Source of the DNA: a virus
DNA length: 64,000 bases
Virus record (IMG/VR): IMGVR_UViG_3300032116_000104
Span: 20,373 to 84,372 of that record
Reading direction: 5' to 3' (one strand)
Below, piece by piece: positions 60,699 through 64,000 of this stretch. Position 1 is the first letter of the stretch. The number at the start of each line of letters is the position of its first letter. Below the pieces are notes generated by a model, which saw nothing but the letters and a program-made list of their open reading frames with translations, was not told where the DNA came from and did no database searches. The position numbers were made by a program, and so were the translations under genes.

Positions 60699-60901
60699 CC
60701 GACGGCGGGGCCTTTCCTCCTTTCACCCCGTTGTCAAGCCCTCCTGGGGTGAGCGCGATTGTTGTAGGTGGCGTCGGCGCTCCCCCAGGGGGCACTTCGC
60801 CAGTCCTTTCCGCCACCGTGGCTAGATGTAAGGGTCCTTGAGAGGCATCACTACCAAGCCGCCATACATGGTCTCCTGGATGTGGAGGCAATCTCGGCGG
60901 C
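60699..60901 (+). ncRNA. Candidate multi-hairpin small RNA with CU-rich loops
   Basis: Stems 60701-60735, 60767-60817 and 60858-60901; G-U pairs favour the + strand. Confidence 0.45.
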
Positions 60902-60991
60902 GGCCCGCGTAGACGATAGAGGAATCATACGGGTCGTATACAATCCAGGTTCTGTAACGCAGGATTTCGTAGGCCCCGATGATGAGGTTCT

Positions 60992-61477
60992 TCATACCAT
61001 CGGCAGGGGGAACTGCCCGCGCTCCAAAATCATCCCGAGCGCTGCGTACCCGAGAAGGTCCAGATATCCATCCTTGACTGATTCGTTCAGCGGGTCTTCT
61101 TCTTTCTTTTTGAGATTCTCAAGGCGGGCCACTTTGTCGTGAGTGCGGACCAGGATGCCAATTGTTCCGAATCGCATAATCGCGTCTGGGCCGTAGTCCT
61201 TTTGTTTACGTATCAGTGTGCCCGCCATCGCTGAGGAATATCCCCTGAATTCTGGGCTTGCCCTATGCGGGATGACCTTTGCTGTCTGGCCTGCGCCCAG
61301 CGAGGTTGCTCCGAAGATTCTCCAGTTCAAAGCAGCATCTTGTACTGAGTCGTTCTGGGCATCTTGAATAAATTTGTCCAAGAACTTCCTGGCATCAATC
61401 AAGGTCTGGACACCTACCACCCTGGTGAGGAAGATGTCATCCACTGCCTGGATGGCCGCCTCATTCCACGTCTTCAC
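60992..61477 (-). CDS. DUF1599/nucleotide-modification-associated domain protein
   Basis: KQKDYG...G..VR..DK.ARL.NL...ES..D...DL.GYA. Confidence 0.75.
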   Translation of the reverse strand: MKTWNEAAIQAVDDIFLTRVVGVQTLIDARKFLDKFIQDAQNDSVQDAALNWRIFGATSLGAGQTAKVIPHRASPEFRGYSSAMAGTLIRKQKDYGPDAIMRFGTIGILVRTHDKVARLENLKKKEEDPLNESVKDGYLDLLGYAALGMILERGQFPLPMV

Positions 61478-61959
61478 AGAATGTCCTCCACCCTGAGTTG
61501 CTTGACCTGGCCTTTGTCAATCATTTCCACCACCGTCTCCATCAGATACCCGAGGGCCTTCTGCCACATGTAATCCTGATATTCCGCTGAGTAATCTTTT
61601 TCCACTTTTTCAATCATCTTTGTGATTAATGAATCTGGAAAACCCGCGATGACTTTCCCTGGTTCGTTGCTGGGAAAAATGTTAGGAATTGTTGACATGT
61701 CCAGGGCGTCGTCTTTGTAATGCATCGCCTGGATGAGTACGTCAGGGCCAGTCGCGATAAAGAGAAGGGACCCCATTTCTTCTGGAGTTATCTCCTTGAT
61801 GGCAGCCCTGGTCTGGGGGTATTTTTCCCCGAACTTCTTCAGTTCCTCCAGGGCCTGTTCTCTGGTCCACTCCTCGGGAATACCGAAGGGTTCATCATTG
61901 ATTTCTGACACGCACAGACTCCTTTCCGCCACCGTACCATGATGTAAGACGGGTGGCAA
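61474..61959 (-). CDS. Hypothetical protein (start uncertain)
   Basis: Coupled to the downstream gene. Confidence 0.65.
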   Translation of the reverse strand: MPPVLHHGTVAERSLCVSEINDEPFGIPEEWTREQALEELKKFGEKYPQTRAAIKEITPEEMGSLLFIATGPDVLIQAMHYKDDALDMSTIPNIFPSNEPGKVIAGFPDSLITKMIEKVEKDYSAEYQDYMWQKALGYLMETVVEMIDKGQVKQLRVEDIL

Positions 61960-62017
61960 CTTCTGAGAAAATTTGTTCGCTCGCGCACGCGATATAGAGA
62001 TGTTCTAAACTCCGCCC

Positions 62018-62389
62018 ATGGACAACAACACCAGATTCAATTTGTACATCCAGGCCATTGAGCAGTTCGCTCAGCGCGAAGGCCATTCCAGGTGCCCCGC
62101 TCTCCACGTAGAGGTCGTGGGTGGCAGGGAAGTGGCGGTCGGTGCCTGGGTGGGCTACGTTCGTCAGCGTTACAAGAAGGGCGTGCTTCCTGCCGACCGT
62201 GTCGCGCGCCTTAACGCGGTGCCTGGTTGGGAGTGGGGCCCGCTGAAGCCTGGCCCTGCAACGAACTACCCACGCAACAGCGAGATTCTTCAGATGCGCC
62301 AACGCGGGATGAGCCTGCGCCAGATTGCCGATTCGTTTGACCTCAGCCGTCAGCGCGTTCATCAGATTGTGAAGCGGACGAATGCGTGA
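62018..62389 (+). CDS. Helicase-associated (HA) domain plus sigma region-4-like HTH protein
   Basis: F..REGH..P..H.E...VG.WV...R.RYKKG.L..DR..RL...PGW.W; GMSLRQIA..F.LSRQRV.QI. Confidence 0.8.
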   Translation: MDNNTRFNLYIQAIEQFAQREGHSRCPALHVEVVGGREVAVGAWVGYVRQRYKKGVLPADRVARLNAVPGWEWGPLKPGPATNYPRNSEILQMRQRGMSLRQIADSFDLSRQRVHQIVKRTNA

Positions 62390-62645
62390 GCCATACGACT
62401 GGCGCCTGGACCCGCCAGACCCATCACTAGAGGGCGAAGACGTGCCACCGACTGTGGTGTTCATCGCTGGCCTCGCTTCATTTTCAATTTCAACATTGCT
62501 CTACTCATTGATTGCGTACTTCGTGATATTCGTTCTTCATGATGCTTCCATCATTGGTGGCCGTCCCTCATGGACCCAGACGTGTCTGATGGTCACGGGA
62601 TTGATGTTCGCCCGCATCTGGGATAGGGCACTACTCAAGCGTTAA
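62382..62645 (+). CDS. Small membrane protein
   Basis: Two TM segments; overlaps the upstream stop. Confidence 0.65.
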   Translation: MREPYDWRLDPPDPSLEGEDVPPTVVFIAGLASFSISTLLYSLIAYFVIFVLHDASIIGGRPSWTQTCLMVTGLMFARIWDRALLKR

Positions 62646-62646
62646 T

Positions 62647-62696
62647 CCGAAACCCCAGGGAGGAAAGAAAGGAAGGAAGACCTCCCTGGGGCTCGG
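62647..62696 (-). terminator. Strong hairpin between convergent genes
   Basis: CCCCAGGGAGG / CCTCCCTGGGG perfect 11-bp stem with a 17-nt loop. Confidence 0.65.
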
Positions 62697-62704
62697 ACAC
62701 CTTG

Positions 62705-64000
62705 TCAGACCTCGTCGTCCTGCAGACGCTCACCCATGGACATCCTGTAGGCGTCACGCAGGTAGTAGCCCCACTTACGACGAGCCCTGTTGCCAGCGCG
62801 CATACGAGCGAGTTCGGTCAACGCTTCACCCACGTTCGGAATCACGGCGATGCGATTCTTCTTGCAGTAGTTGATGCATTGCATGGCGAGCATGTTGTGG
62901 AAACCGCCCGTCGGTCCACAGACCGCACCGTCGGTGACCCACACGATGGGTTCAGAGGAACGCTTACGACGCTTGACAGCCCACTCAAGCATGGGGAAGT
63001 CCACGCCGTTGCCTGCTCCCGTGTTCGGAAGTTCCTCAACCATCTTGCCGTTCTCCGCAAGGACCCAAGCATTTGGTGCGCCTGCTCCGTTGTCCATGTC
63101 TGAGTAGGCGACGACCGTCGCTCCTGGACTCGCTTCCACGATGAGGCGGATGTGGTCCTTAGAGAAATGCATGGAGCCCGATGCGTCAATGACCACGATG
63201 CCACCCATGCCACGGGAGACCTTGTCAAAGACACGCTTCTCGGGGTCGGTCATGAGGCGATGGAGTCGTCGGGGAGAGCGACCGACGTTGGATGCCACAC
63301 GCTTCTTCCCGATGTTGCCACGAGTCTGCTTCGGCATGGGGAGTCGCTCCATGACGAGTTCGCTCCACGTCGGCACGGTCGTATCCGTGTTCATCTCTAT
63401 CTTCTTGACGGCATTGACCATGTCGGTCTCCGTCTTGCCACTACCACCAGCCTGACGAGACTCGCTGGTGGAGGATGAACCGCTGGAGGATTCGCGAGAC
63501 TCGCTCTTCTCCTTCTCCTGCTCCTCTTCCTTTTCAGGCTTGATGGAGGCGATTCGGTCCACCCATTCAGCCAGTCGCTCCGTGCAGGAGAAACCGTAGG
63601 GGTTCAGCCCAGTTCTCTTGTGAGCCTCCGTGGAGGCGAGGAAGCCAAAGCGGTAGTCATTCTCCATCTGCTTGACAGCCTTCTTGCTGATAGCGACGAG
63701 AGCCTTGCCCCACTCACGCTTGTGACGACGCACACCGTTGAGGAAGGGCTTGAGACCACCCGAATTGGAGTAGGCAATGGTTGCGTAAACCACGTCAGCC
63801 CACGTTCCGTGCTGAGCAATCTTCTCGCCCGACTCCGTCTCTGAACCATCGGAGAGGACCATGGGGTCAAAGCCAGCCTTGCCGATGAGGAGATTGACAC
63901 GCAGTTCCTCACACGCGACCATCGCTCGCTTGCTTGCCATGCCACGGGCAATCCACTTGTCCCAGTCATCTCCAGGAGAGACCTTGGCATGCATCATCTC
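62705..64000 (-). CDS. VWA (MIDAS) domain protein, probable N-terminal metallopeptidase-like region; 5' end outside window
   Basis: VVIDASGS and WVTDG MIDAS motifs; the frame begins EMMH at the window edge (possible HExxH). Confidence 0.75.
   Translation of the reverse strand, partial: EMMHAKVSPGDDWDKWIARGMASKRAMVACEELRVNLLIGKAGFDPMVLSDGSETESGEKIAQHGTWADVVYATIAYSNSGGLKPFLNGVRRHKREWGKALVAISKKAVKQMENDYRFGFLASTEAHKRTGLNPYGFSCTERLAEWVDRIASIKPEKEEEQEKEKSESRESSSGSSSTSESRQAGGSGKTETDMVNAVKKIEMNTDTTVPTWSELVMERLPMPKQTRGNIGKKRVASNVGRSPRRLHRLMTDPEKRVFDKVSRGMGGIVVIDASGSMHFSKDHIRLIVEASPGATVVAYSDMDNGAGAPNAWVLAENGKMVEELPNTGAGNGVDFPMLEWAVKRRKRSSEPIVWVTDGAVCGPTGGFHNMLAMQCINYCKKNRIAVIPNVGEALTELARMRAGNRARRKWGYYLRDAYRMSMGERLQDDEV

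Noticed and set aside
60441-60891. ORFs 60441..60689 and 60502..60891
   Set aside because: Pro/Gly-rich translations of GC hairpins with no recognisable domain; a non-coding reading fits better
1-64000. tRNA/rRNA genes, integrase, transposase, inteins or introns
   Set aside because: No cloverleaf in the intergenic gaps and no matching motifs; terminase and portal cores appear uninterrupted

Overview
This is a 64-kb internal segment of a large contractile-tailed (myovirus-like) dsDNA phage. WhiB and many leaderless TAnnnT promoters point to an actinobacterial host. Layout: (i) 1-20 kb, a minus-strand head module with portal, a 2429-aa HK97-type prohead protease fusion, a PepSY protein and a 1945-aa zincin-containing protein; (ii) a divergent terminase followed by recombination genes (Rad52-like, PD-(D/E)XK, HNH, RuvC) and a ParB/PAPS-reductase/ParB trio; (iii) neck, sheath, tube, tape measure, baseplate, fibre and lysis genes at 28-55 kb; (iv) regulatory, replication and accessory genes at 55-64 kb. 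No major capsid gene, tRNA or CRISPR array was recognised. The main candidate novel system is a linear motif, G-[LMV]-R-S-[SRGT], found about 20 times with different codons and concentrated in three giant virion proteins (protease fusion, zincin protein, tape measure). It sits at boundaries of duplicated or swapped domains, which suggests motif-punctuated polyproteins processed into ejected effectors. Secondary signals are a promoter-driven multi-hairpin RNA with anti-Shine-Dalgarno-like loops and apparent avoidance of GATC, TCGA, CCGG and AGCT. All family calls are by-eye motif recognition, not database searches.
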